Assembly: GCA_017857825.1 (NCBI GenBank)
Contig: JAFMCK010000001.1
Span: 9,480 to 73,479, forward strand
Reading direction: 5' to 3'
Length of the DNA: 64,000 nt
Source of the DNA: Rhodospirillales bacterium
GTDB lineage: Bacteria; Pseudomonadota; Alphaproteobacteria; Rhodospirillales; Casp-alpha2
Shown: positions 18,870-27,468 of the stretch, piece after piece
How positions within the stretch are numbered: the first letter of the stretch is position 1
How the letters are laid out: every line of letters begins with the position of its first letter
Program-made: the position numbers and the translations under genes
Notes under the pieces: generated by a model
Database searches by the model: none
What the model saw: the letters and a program-made list of their open reading frames with translations, nothing else
What the model was told of the DNA's origin: nothing

Positions 18870-18995
18870 CCCCTCTCCCATCGGGAGAGGGTTAGGGTGA
18901 GGGTCTATTGTCGTATGCGTCGGGGAGGTGAGCGCGAAAATCCCTCACCCTCCCGCGCTGCGTGCAGGCCCCTCCCTCTCCCTACGGGAGAGGGT
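18870..18995. repeat. Composite palindromic (REP-like) intergenic element; its first hairpin may also terminate ahcY
   Basis: Two copies of CCCTCTCCC-N3-GGGAGAGGG (18871-18891 and 18974-18994) flank a long-range pair AGGGTGAGGG (18894-18903) / CCCTCACCCT (18942-18951). Confidence 0.6.
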
Positions 18996-19044
18996 TTAAA
19001 CGAGACAATTCCCAGAGCTTGGGAAATCCGATACAACCTCGGGC

Positions 19045-19782
19045 ATGACCGCACCCCCTTCCGAAAAACGCATATGGTTGATCGCCGGCCCGCCAGGGTC
19101 GGGGAAAAGTGGGCTTGCGCGTTCGCTGTTTCCAGGCTGGGCAGGGACCTCACAGTTGATTGATGCCGATGACGTGCATGCCTTCACCCCGGGCGTAGAC
19201 TTGTCCGACGACACGCTGGGCGGGCTGCGGTCGCGCACCGTTCCATTCTCAAAACGCCTCGAAATTGCCGAACTTGCCGACCGGGAATTTGTTATCGAAA
19301 CCCGGCTCGTGAATCGTGAACCGTTATCCGCTGCGCTTAAACTGCGGCGCCGGGGATGGCATGTTTTCATGGTGTATTTGGCTCTGCCACGCCTTGATCT
19401 GTGCCGGGTACGCGTGCGCGCACGTGTACTGCGCGGCGGTGTCGATGTCAGCGACGACGCGTTGGAATCGGGTTTTCATGCGGCGCTCGACAATCTGCCG
19501 CAATACATTGACCTCGCCGAACGTTGGTTGATCATCGACAGCTCGGGTGTGCGCAGTCCGCTTATTGCACACGGCGCATACGCGGCTGCCATTGCCGAGC
19601 AGCCCGATGCCATGCGCGCGTTGTTGCCCGACTATCCTTTTTTGCCGGCGGGTCGTGCGTTGGAAGCGGAAACTTGGACAGGGCCGGTGATCAGTGCGTT
19701 TGCACACTTGGCGCGCTGGCAATCGAGTGTCGATCATTTGCTGCGCGTCGCTGAGAATATGGAAATTACGCGGACCCCTTAA
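19045..19782 (+). CDS. Zeta-toxin-like / COG4185-type P-loop kinase family protein
   Basis: Walker A 'IAGPPGSGKSGLA' at residues 13-25. The layout 'FVIETRL...GWHVFMVYLALP.LDLC..RV..RV..GG.DV.DD' resembles zeta/AAA_33-type kinases. There is a C-terminal extension of about 70 aa with no recognisable motif. Confidence 0.55.
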   Translation: MTAPPSEKRIWLIAGPPGSGKSGLARSLFPGWAGTSQLIDADDVHAFTPGVDLSDDTLGGLRSRTVPFSKRLEIAELADREFVIETRLVNREPLSAALKLRRRGWHVFMVYLALPRLDLCRVRVRARVLRGGVDVSDDALESGFHAALDNLPQYIDLAERWLIIDSSGVRSPLIAHGAYAAAIAEQPDAMRALLPDYPFLPAGRALEAETWTGPVISAFAHLARWQSSVDHLLRVAENMEITRTP

Positions 19783-19859
19783 TGCGTCTGTCCGAGAAAA
19801 CGCGCTTTCTCGCAATAGGCGACTTGGCCTGATCGGTCATCAGGCGTAGACTTTGCCCC

Positions 19860-22232
19860 GTGATTGAGACTTTCAGCCCCTTACAAGCGTTACTCGCCGG
19901 TGCCGTTGGTGCCGCTGTGGTGCTCGTGCCGACCGCATTGGTGTTTCGCAGCCGAGCGCGCGATGCCTCGACCGAACGACGCCGCGCCGATGCCTCGGCC
20001 AGGCGCAACCTGGATATCCTCGGGGCGTCGCCGGACGGTATTTTTTTGTGGGATCACGGCACTGGCGGCATCACGTGTTCGAGCCGACTGGCTGAGATGC
20101 TAGACCTCGAAGCGGGCACCCTTGCGCGTTACGATGATATTCGTGCCTGCTTCGGCGAACAGGAACTGCGTAAACTAGAGCAAGGCGTCAGCCTGTTGCG
20201 TGCCAAGGGCACGCCGTTCGACGTTGCCCTGAAACGTGGTGACGCGATCCTGCAAGCCATCGGTCGACGTGCCACGGCGCAAGGTGGCACGGTGATTGCG
20301 GATATCGTTTGGATGCGCGATATCAGTTTTGCTGCCGCCCCGGCGCATACCGGGCCCCGCAATACCTCCGGTCTCGAAGACCGGCATCTCACTGCGCTAT
20401 TGGATACTTTGCCGATTCCGATTTGGCTGCGTGATGCAGATATGAACGTCGCGTTTTCAAACAGTGCTGCCGAGCGTGTGCAAGGCCTTGATGCCGAGCT
20501 TGCCGCGAAGGCCCGCGATGGCGGTCAGCCGCTACGAAAAGCTGCCGAGATTTCCGATGCCGGTCATGCGCGTACGGTAACGATTACCGAAACGCCCCTC
20601 AGCCAGAGCCCTGAAGGTCGTCGCGCCGGTACGATTGGCTTCGCGGTGGATGTGGATAACGTGCGCTCAGCCGCTGCCGGTCCATCCCCCGCTGATATGC
20701 TGCGACCGCTTGAAGTCGGTGTTGCCGTGTTCGCCGCAGACACCACGCTGATTGCCGCCAATGCGGCGTTTGCGGATTTGTGGCGGGTGGACATGGATTG
20801 GTTGGACTCACGTCCGAACATGAGCGACATGATCAACCGTTTGCGGGAGCTGCGGCGCCTGCCCGAAGTTACCGACTTCGCGGCTTTCCGGCGCACCGAG
20901 CTTGGGCACTTTGGTGGATTGGACCGCATCGTCGAAGACGAAATGCACTTACCCGATGATCGCACGATCCGTCGCCGCATCGGTCCGTTGGATGACGGCG
21001 GCGTGGTGATCACGTGCGAGGACCTCTCCGGCAGACTTGATCTGCAGCGTTCGCTCAAATCGTTGGACCGGGTGCAACGGACGACGCTGGAAAACCTGCA
21101 TGAAGGCATTGCGGTGTTTGGTGGCGACGGGCGACTGCGTTTGATCAACCCGAAAATGTTGAAGCTTTGGGATTTGACCGAAGATGCATTGCCGACGGAC
21201 GCGCGCCTGCCCGATGTGATCGAGACATTGGGCATGAAAATGAGCGCCGACAATCAAGCCTGGCCGGCACGTAAGGAAGCGATCGCCGGTGCAGTGCTGT
21301 CACGGACGCCATCGGGCGGCAAGGTCGAGTTGGTCAACGGTCAGGTGTTGGCATTCGCCAATATTCCGCTGCCGGATGGCGCATCGCTGGTCAGTTATGG
21401 CGACATTACCGATTCGCACAAAGTCGAAGAAGCGCTGCGCGAACGCGCGCGCATGCTGGCTGAAACGGACCGCATGAAGACCGAATTTATCGCTAACGTC
21501 GCGATGGAAGTACGTACGCCGCTCAATACCATCACGGGCTTTGCCGATATTTTGCGTCAAGAAATGTTCGGCGAACTCAATCGTCGTCAACAAGAATACG
21601 CCGAAGGCATCCTGGAGACCGGACAGCGCATGATGGGCGTTGTTGCCGACATCTTCGATCTGGCGAGTATTGAAGCCGGGCGAGAGGATCTCAACAAAGA
21701 CACCATTGATCCGCATGCGGTGTTGGTGTCCGCGTTTAATTTGGTCAAGGAACGTGCGCGGCAAAAAAATATCCGTGTCGACTTTGATGTCGCACCGGAT
21801 ATTGGTTGGATTACCGGAGATTCCAGGCGGTTAACACAAGTCGCGTTCAACCTTTTGACCAATGCAATCACCTACACACCAAAATTGGGCCATGTAACGT
21901 TGAGTGCAAAACGTGATGACACTTGGTTCGACATCATCGTCTCGGACAGCGGCCCAGGGATCCCGCAAGCCGACCGTGAACGCGCGTTTGAGCCGTTCGC
22001 GCGATTGTCGGGATCACACAGAAAGGCTGCTGGCGGCGGCGAGGGTGCTGGTCTTGGGCTCACCATCGTCAAGCGCTTCGTCGCGTTGCACGGCGGGGCG
22101 GTGCAGATTAAGTCCAATAAAGCACGTGGCACTAGTGTGATTTGTCGGTTGCCGATTGACGGCGAAAACATAAGTGGGCTTGCACCCTTTGATGCAGATC
22201 ATGCTATTGTAACAGACGAAGCGGCGGAATAA
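19860..22232 (+). CDS. divL: DivL-like membrane-anchored PAS sensor kinase homologue lacking the phospho-acceptor His
   Basis: GTG start and an N-terminal TM helix ('LLAGAVGAAVVLVPTALVF'). Repeated PAS-like segments lead to the H-box 'EFIANVAMEVRTPL', with Met where His is expected. The N, G1, F and G2 boxes are intact. Location downstream of ahcY matches my recollection of Rhizobiales divL. Confidence 0.65.
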   Translation: MIETFSPLQALLAGAVGAAVVLVPTALVFRSRARDASTERRRADASARRNLDILGASPDGIFLWDHGTGGITCSSRLAEMLDLEAGTLARYDDIRACFGEQELRKLEQGVSLLRAKGTPFDVALKRGDAILQAIGRRATAQGGTVIADIVWMRDISFAAAPAHTGPRNTSGLEDRHLTALLDTLPIPIWLRDADMNVAFSNSAAERVQGLDAELAAKARDGGQPLRKAAEISDAGHARTVTITETPLSQSPEGRRAGTIGFAVDVDNVRSAAAGPSPADMLRPLEVGVAVFAADTTLIAANAAFADLWRVDMDWLDSRPNMSDMINRLRELRRLPEVTDFAAFRRTELGHFGGLDRIVEDEMHLPDDRTIRRRIGPLDDGGVVITCEDLSGRLDLQRSLKSLDRVQRTTLENLHEGIAVFGGDGRLRLINPKMLKLWDLTEDALPTDARLPDVIETLGMKMSADNQAWPARKEAIAGAVLSRTPSGGKVELVNGQVLAFANIPLPDGASLVSYGDITDSHKVEEALRERARMLAETDRMKTEFIANVAMEVRTPLNTITGFADILRQEMFGELNRRQQEYAEGILETGQRMMGVVADIFDLASIEAGREDLNKDTIDPHAVLVSAFNLVKERARQKNIRVDFDVAPDIGWITGDSRRLTQVAFNLLTNAITYTPKLGHVTLSAKRDDTWFDIIVSDSGPGIPQADRERAFEPFARLSGSHRKAAGGGEGAGLGLTIVKRFVALHGGAVQIKSNKARGTSVICRLPIDGENISGLAPFDADHAIVTDEAAE

Positions 22233-22265
22233 GCAGCGCCCCTTATTTGATCGAAGGACCTGACA

Positions 22266-22799
22266 TTGGATCTGCAAACGCTTTGTATCGTCGTTATCCT
22301 TGGCGGCATTGTATTCATGCTGGTGCGGACGATGCTGGCCGCAGGGCGCAAGCGTGCCAAGCCGCGCCAAGCGCAAAAGATCAAACGGCCGTCTGGCGGC
22401 GCGTTTGCGCTTGATGATGCGCTCGACAAGCTGAACGAAACCATTCGCATTTTGGATGAAACTTTGGCGGATCGTGCTCCGACACGGGGCGATGCCGAAG
22501 GGGCACGCTTTTATGTTGCTTACTTGGTTGGCGTTGCCAGAGAAATTGCGCGTATGAACCGGATCGCATATGGCCCGGCGTTAGAGACCCCGATCCGGAT
22601 GGAACTTATTCGGTTTGGGATATCAGGCGGCGCAAATGGCGATGCGCTGGCCCGCATCCTCGCCACCGATGAAGGTCAGCAAGGCCTGACAGCCGGTGAA
22701 ATGGATGGCGTCGAGGCTTGTAATCCGGATTTCCGGGGGACGTACTTTGCGCGCATCCAAACCTACTTCACCGATGCTCAAGTGCGGGGCCCTCGTTAA
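22266..22799 (+). CDS. Hypothetical single-pass membrane-anchored protein
   Basis: ORF of 177 codons (TTG start in the track; ATG options a few codons in). It has a TM helix 'LCIVVILGGIVFMLVRTMLAAG', then a basic patch 'RKRAKPRQAQKIKR', then a helical soluble part. I recognise no motif. It starts 33 nt after the divL-like gene. Confidence 0.4.
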   Translation: MDLQTLCIVVILGGIVFMLVRTMLAAGRKRAKPRQAQKIKRPSGGAFALDDALDKLNETIRILDETLADRAPTRGDAEGARFYVAYLVGVAREIARMNRIAYGPALETPIRMELIRFGISGGANGDALARILATDEGQQGLTAGEMDGVEACNPDFRGTYFARIQTYFTDAQVRGPR

Positions 22800-23977
22800 A
22801 GCGCTTCGACCGCTGCGCAGAACCGCGCAATCTCGGTTTCATCGTTATAGTAATGCACCGACGAGCGAACCACCTGCGCCAAGCCCCGTTTATCCATATC
22901 CAACAACGTCGAACTGCTACCTGAAACACTGACGTTTATTTTTTGGTGGCTGAGGCTTTCTTTGATCGACAGTGGATCAATGCCGTTTTTGACGAACGTC
23001 ACAATACCGGCCTTCTCACGTCCAATGTCAGTTACACGAACGCCGGCGATTGCGTCTAACTGATCACGCAATTTATCGGCTAAGCCCGAAAGGCGGGCGT
23101 GGATCGCATCCATGCCAAAGTTCAATGCATAGTCGACGGCAACCCCGAGCCCGACAACGCCTGCAACATAAAACTCCCAATTCTCAAACCGCTTGGCGCC
23201 CGGACGCACCTCATAGCTCTCTGCCCCGGTCCATTTGGCCGCATGCAAATCCAAGAACGGTGGCTCCAAGCGGTTCGCCAAGTCTTCGCGCATATATAAA
23301 AACCCTGTGCCGCGTGGGCCGCGTAGGTATTTGCGGCCGGTCACCGACAGCGCATCGCAGCCGATTTCTGCAACGTCCACGGGCACCTGGCCGACGGATT
23401 GGCAGGCATCCAGCAGATACAGTACGCCGGCTTTTTTGGCGACGGCGCCAACCGCGGCGGCGGGATTGACCAAGCCGCCATTGGTCGGGATGTGTGTCAT
23501 CGAAATCAGCTTCACCTGATTATCGATCATCGATTCCAATGCGGCCAGGTCGACGCTGCCGGTTTCGTCGCTGGGGACGACGACGATCTCTAGTCCATGG
23601 TCGCGTTTGGCCTGCAAGTAACTAATAAAATTCGTTGCGTACTCGGCCTCGACGGTAAGGATTTTGTCGCCAGGCTTAAAAGCTTTGATCATCGCATGGA
23701 ACGCCATTTGCCATGCCACCGTGGCATTTTCGACAAGTGCGATTTCTTCAGGTTTCGCATTCAACAGCCGCGCAATCGACTCGTAGGTGTTTTCTCGTTG
23801 GGCTAGCGTTGCCGCTGCTGCCTCGTAACCACCAATATTGGCTTCAAGCTGCAAATGTGTCGTCAGCGCATCCAAAACCGGCTGCGGCATCAGGCCTGCG
23901 CCGGCATTGTTAAAATGCAGAACATTCTGCACGCCCGGCGTTTCCGCGCGTGCCCGCGCAATATCAATTTCACGCAT
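22796..23977 (-). CDS. Class-V aminotransferase-fold PLP enzyme (cysteine desulfurase / isopenicillin-N-epimerase-like)
   Basis: 'FNNAGAGLMP', 'ISMTHIPTNGG', 'LLDACQSVG' and 'LSVTGRKYLRGPRGTGFLY' (PLP-Lys region). RBS GGGGGA lies before ATG 23977. Confidence 0.85.
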   Translation of the reverse strand: MREIDIARARAETPGVQNVLHFNNAGAGLMPQPVLDALTTHLQLEANIGGYEAAAATLAQRENTYESIARLLNAKPEEIALVENATVAWQMAFHAMIKAFKPGDKILTVEAEYATNFISYLQAKRDHGLEIVVVPSDETGSVDLAALESMIDNQVKLISMTHIPTNGGLVNPAAAVGAVAKKAGVLYLLDACQSVGQVPVDVAEIGCDALSVTGRKYLRGPRGTGFLYMREDLANRLEPPFLDLHAAKWTGAESYEVRPGAKRFENWEFYVAGVVGLGVAVDYALNFGMDAIHARLSGLADKLRDQLDAIAGVRVTDIGREKAGIVTFVKNGIDPLSIKESLSHQKINVSVSGSSSTLLDMDKRGLAQVVRSSVHYYNDETEIARFCAAVEAL

Positions 23978-24003
23978 AAAAATTTCCCCCTAAAAATCGG
24001 ATA

Positions 24004-24049
24004 ATAAATTCATCGATGGTCTGTTGTGGATCCTCGACAATGAATTTAT
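24004..24049 (-). terminator. AT-rich hairpin overlapping the stop of the FNR gene (possible terminator or processing signal)
   Basis: ATAAATTCAT (24004-24013) is the exact reverse complement of ATGAATTTAT (24040-24049), with a 26-nt spacer. On the minus strand a U5 run follows only after 8 nt, so the terminator call is weak. Confidence 0.3.
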
Positions 24050-25110
24050 GACATGTCGCCAGGTCGTGGGATGCCTTTGGTGGTTGAATATTCAAAGTGC
24101 AAAGCTTCTTCGGGAAACACGATATCGTGGGCGCGATGGGCGGCGAAAGCGGCTTCAGAAAAACCTGTTAAGATCAATTTCAGTTTTCCTGGATATTCGG
24201 CCACGTCGCCGACGGCAAAGATGCCGGCACGACCTGTTTCTGCCGTGACCGGATTGATCGCGACTCCACGCCGGCTATCGCCCAAACCCCAGTCACGAAT
24301 CGGGCCCAGGTCTTGCGACAACCCATAGAACGGCAGCAAGACATCTGCGTCGATAGCACGTGCGTTGCCGTCCAAGTCGGCGATGGTGACGGTCTGTAAC
24401 GTACCGTCGGTGCCGGATACACCTGCCAATTGAAATGGTGTCATGAGTTCGACGCTACCATCTTCAACAAGGGATTCCAGCTGTCGAACGCTTTCCGGCA
24501 TAGCGCGGAAGGTGGCGCGTCGGTGTACAACGATGACTTTTGCTGCGACGCCCGCCAGGATGACGGCCCAGTCGACGGCGCTGTCGCCTCCGCCTGCGAT
24601 GACAACACGCTTGCCGGCAAAGTCTTTGGTGCGGCGAACCATGTAGTTCACGCCGAGGCCAGGTCCCGCGGCTTCAAACGTTTCGATGTTTGGCAGCGGT
24701 GGGCGTTTCGGTCCGAACGCGCCGACGCCGGCCGCGATGATCACGACTTTCGCAGCGATCATGGTGTTTTGCGAGGTGGTGATATGAAATGCGCCCGCGT
24801 TTCCCTCAAGCCCGATGACCTGTTGGTTGAGATGAAAATGAGGGGCAAACGGCTCTGCCTGGCGCTCTAACGCGCTGATCAGGCGTCCACCGGAGATTTC
24901 TGGATAACCGGGAATATCATAGATCGGCTTTTCTGGATAAAGCGCAGTGCACTGTCCACCGATGGCTTCCAGCGAATCGATGATGCGGCATTTCATGCCC
25001 AGCATGCCAAATTGAAACACTGTGAACAGGCCGACCGGTCCGGCGCCGATGACGGCGACGTCTGTCGAAAAAGCTGGTTGCGGCGTGGGTACGGTCAACG
25101 GCTGATCCAA
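24046..25110 (-). CDS. Ferredoxin-NADP+ reductase, thioredoxin-reductase-like type
   Basis: 'VAVIGAGPVGLF' and 'GGQCTALYPEKPIYDIPGYP' match the YumC/TrxR-like FNR signature. A second dinucleotide site is 'VVIAGGGDSAVDWA'. Confidence 0.88.
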   Translation of the reverse strand: MDQPLTVPTPQPAFSTDVAVIGAGPVGLFTVFQFGMLGMKCRIIDSLEAIGGQCTALYPEKPIYDIPGYPEISGGRLISALERQAEPFAPHFHLNQQVIGLEGNAGAFHITTSQNTMIAAKVVIIAAGVGAFGPKRPPLPNIETFEAAGPGLGVNYMVRRTKDFAGKRVVIAGGGDSAVDWAVILAGVAAKVIVVHRRATFRAMPESVRQLESLVEDGSVELMTPFQLAGVSGTDGTLQTVTIADLDGNARAIDADVLLPFYGLSQDLGPIRDWGLGDSRRGVAINPVTAETGRAGIFAVGDVAEYPGKLKLILTGFSEAAFAAHRAHDIVFPEEALHFEYSTTKGIPRPGDMS

Positions 25111-25197
25111 ATCGAATTTGATGCTGTCTAAGGATGGGTCGCGCGGCCCTGCCGTTCAAGCCTTGTTCGCGCTTAAACACGGCGATACAACCGCACT

Positions 25198-25689
25198 ATG
25201 TCGATTGACCATGCCAACCTTGCTGATTTGAAAGCCGGAAGCCTTGATGCGACCGAAGCAATTGCGCAGCGATTGGCGCCACTGTTGCGAGCCGGAGATG
25301 TGGTGACGCTGGAGGGTGGACTCGGCGCGGGTAAAACCGCGTTCGCCCGCGCCCTTATCAACGCTTTGCCGGGCGAACCCGAAGACGTGCCGAGCCCGAC
25401 TTTCACCTTGGTGCAGACCTATCCGCGTGGCGACCTCGAAGTTTGGCATTTTGACCTGTATCGCCTGGAAGACCCGGACGAAGCGTTTGAGCTTGGCATT
25501 GAAGATGCGTTTGTCGATGCCGTGAGCTTGATTGAATGGCCGGATCGACTTGGTCCTTACTTGCCCAAAGCACATCTTCGGGTCACCCTGACCGAAGGGG
25601 AGAACGAAGCCATGCGCGATATTACAATCAGCGGTGACCCGGCCTGGGCCGCGCGGCTTAAAGGCATATTTATCGGAGGCGAGGCATGA
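25198..25689 (+). CDS. tsaE: tRNA t6A37 biosynthesis ATPase TsaE
   Basis: 'LEGGLGAGKTAFARAL' followed by 'PSPTFTLVQ.Y' and 'HFDLYRL', classic TsaE/YjeE motifs. Confidence 0.85.
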   Translation: MSIDHANLADLKAGSLDATEAIAQRLAPLLRAGDVVTLEGGLGAGKTAFARALINALPGEPEDVPSPTFTLVQTYPRGDLEVWHFDLYRLEDPDEAFELGIEDAFVDAVSLIEWPDRLGPYLPKAHLRVTLTEGENEAMRDITISGDPAWAARLKGIFIGGEA

Positions 25690-26708
25690 AACCGCGCATC
25701 GATGCGCAAAAGACATTTCTGGCCAACGCAGGATGGGCGGGGGCTGCGGTTGCGCCGCTTGCCGCGGATGCCTCGTTCCGCAGTTATCACCGCGTCAGCA
25801 AAGGTGATCGGGCTGCCGTGTTGATGGACGCACCGCCGGAGCACGAAGACATCACGCCGTTTGTGCGTGTCGCAAAATATCTCACTCAGCACGGTTTCAG
25901 CGCGCCGAGAATTTTATTCGAGGACGAGAAGCGTGGGTTTTTGTTGCTCGAAGACTTGGGCGACCAGACCTACACGCGTGAACTCGCCGCTGGCGGCGAC
26001 GAGGCAATGCTGTATGAGCTTGCTATCGATACCTTGGTGCAACTGCATGAAACCGCTGCGTCGGAAAACTTGCCCGAAGATATTCCGCCCTACGACATGG
26101 ACCATCTGATGGCAGAGGTGATGTTATTCGTCGATTGGTTTTTGCCGGCGGTCAGCGACCGGGACGTCGGCCAAGTTGCGCGGGGCGACTATGAAGCGGT
26201 CTGGCAGGAAACCCTTGCCGCGTTGGCCACAAAGCGAGAAACGTTGGTGCTGCGGGACTATCATGTGGACAATCTGATGTGGCTCCCAGATCGGACCGGT
26301 ACCGCGCGATGCGGGCTATTGGATTTCCAGGACGCACTTTCGGGCGCCAGAGCGTACGATCTGATGTCATTGGTCGAAGATGCCAGACGCGATGTCGCAT
26401 CCGACCTCAAAGAACATCTGATCCAGCGCTACTTGGCGGCGATGGAAGATATAGATGAATCTGCATTGCGCCATGAAATGGCGGTTTTAGGCGCTGGCCG
26501 ACATGCCAAGGTGATCGGCATTTTCACGCGTCTATCCAGACGGGACGGTAAGTCGCAATACCTGGCACACATTCCGCATGTTTGGTCATTGCTGGAAAAC
26601 AGCCTCGCGCATCCGGCATTGTCGTCGGTCGCCAACTGGTTCAAGCGTCACGTGCCGGCCGAGCTGCGCGTGGCCCCCAGTTTAAATAATCAAAGCACAA
26701 AAGGTTGA
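25686..26708 (+). CDS. amgK: Aminoglycoside-phosphotransferase-fold kinase, AmgK-like (anomeric MurNAc/GlcNAc kinase)
   Basis: APH-type catalytic loop 'LRDYHVDNLMWL' and 'LLDFQDA'. It has an ATGA overlap with tsaE and is followed by a MurU-like nucleotidyltransferase, the conserved pairing. Confidence 0.72.
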   Translation: MKPRIDAQKTFLANAGWAGAAVAPLAADASFRSYHRVSKGDRAAVLMDAPPEHEDITPFVRVAKYLTQHGFSAPRILFEDEKRGFLLLEDLGDQTYTRELAAGGDEAMLYELAIDTLVQLHETAASENLPEDIPPYDMDHLMAEVMLFVDWFLPAVSDRDVGQVARGDYEAVWQETLAALATKRETLVLRDYHVDNLMWLPDRTGTARCGLLDFQDALSGARAYDLMSLVEDARRDVASDLKEHLIQRYLAAMEDIDESALRHEMAVLGAGRHAKVIGIFTRLSRRDGKSQYLAHIPHVWSLLENSLAHPALSSVANWFKRHVPAELRVAPSLNNQSTKG

Positions 26709-26721
26709 TGAGAGCGCCAAC

Positions 26722-27468
26722 GTGATGACGACCAGCGTACCGACAACAGCCATGATCCTTGCCGCCGGCATGGGTAAACGTATGCGTCCGCTTACCGATA
26801 CGGTGCCCAAACCAATGGTGCCGCTGGCCGGGAAACCGTTGATCGGCCATGTCGTCGACCGCTTTGTCGCCGCCGGTGTGACGCGGATTGTCGTCAATCT
26901 GCATTACCGGGGTGAGCAAATCCGCGCCTATTTGGACGCTGAAGACCGCGCTGAGATCGTATTCAGTGAGGAGTCTGATCTGCTTGAGACCGGTGGCGGT
27001 ATTCAAAACGCTATGCCCGAATTGGGCACACAGCCGTTCTATGTTGCCAATGCTGATGCATTTTGGCTGAACGGATTCGAAGACACGCTGCATCGGCTGG
27101 CCGACGCGTGGGATGATGAATTAATGGAAGCGCTCTTGCTTTTGCATTCAACCGTTTACGGCAATGGGTATACCGGGATCGGCGATTTTATCGCAGACCC
27201 CCTGGGTCGGCTTGATCGCCGTCCCGAAGGCGAGGCCGCGCCCTGGCTGTTTGCCGGGGTGCAAATTCTGCACCCACGGCTTTTTGCCGATGCCCCGGAC
27301 GGTGCATTTTCGCTCAACGTGCTGTTTGATCAGGCGCTCGCCAATGAGCGCCTTTACGGAATCATTCATGACGGCGAATGGTTTCATATCGGTACGCCTG
27401 AGGGTTTGGCGGACGCGGAAAAATTTGTGAGCATACCGTTCGCCGGTCAACAAAAGCGATCCACTTAA
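26722..27468 (+). CDS. murU: Sugar-1-phosphate nucleotidyltransferase, MurU-like
   Basis: 'AMILAAGMGKRMRPLTDTVPKPMVPLAGKPLI' is a G-x-G-x-R nucleotidyltransferase N-terminus. The start is GTG 26722 or ATG 26725. Confidence 0.72.
   Translation: MMTTSVPTTAMILAAGMGKRMRPLTDTVPKPMVPLAGKPLIGHVVDRFVAAGVTRIVVNLHYRGEQIRAYLDAEDRAEIVFSEESDLLETGGGIQNAMPELGTQPFYVANADAFWLNGFEDTLHRLADAWDDELMEALLLLHSTVYGNGYTGIGDFIADPLGRLDRRPEGEAAPWLFAGVQILHPRLFADAPDGAFSLNVLFDQALANERLYGIIHDGEWFHIGTPEGLADAEKFVSIPFAGQQKRST

Noticed and set aside
18897-19163. ORFs 18897..19163(+) and 18905..19153(-) upstream of the zeta-like gene, considered as a possible antitoxin
   Set aside because: Both are read through the palindromic repeat element (translations such as 'PSPSRAACRPLPLPTGEG') and overlap the start of the P-loop gene out of frame. 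They are most likely artefacts of the repeat.
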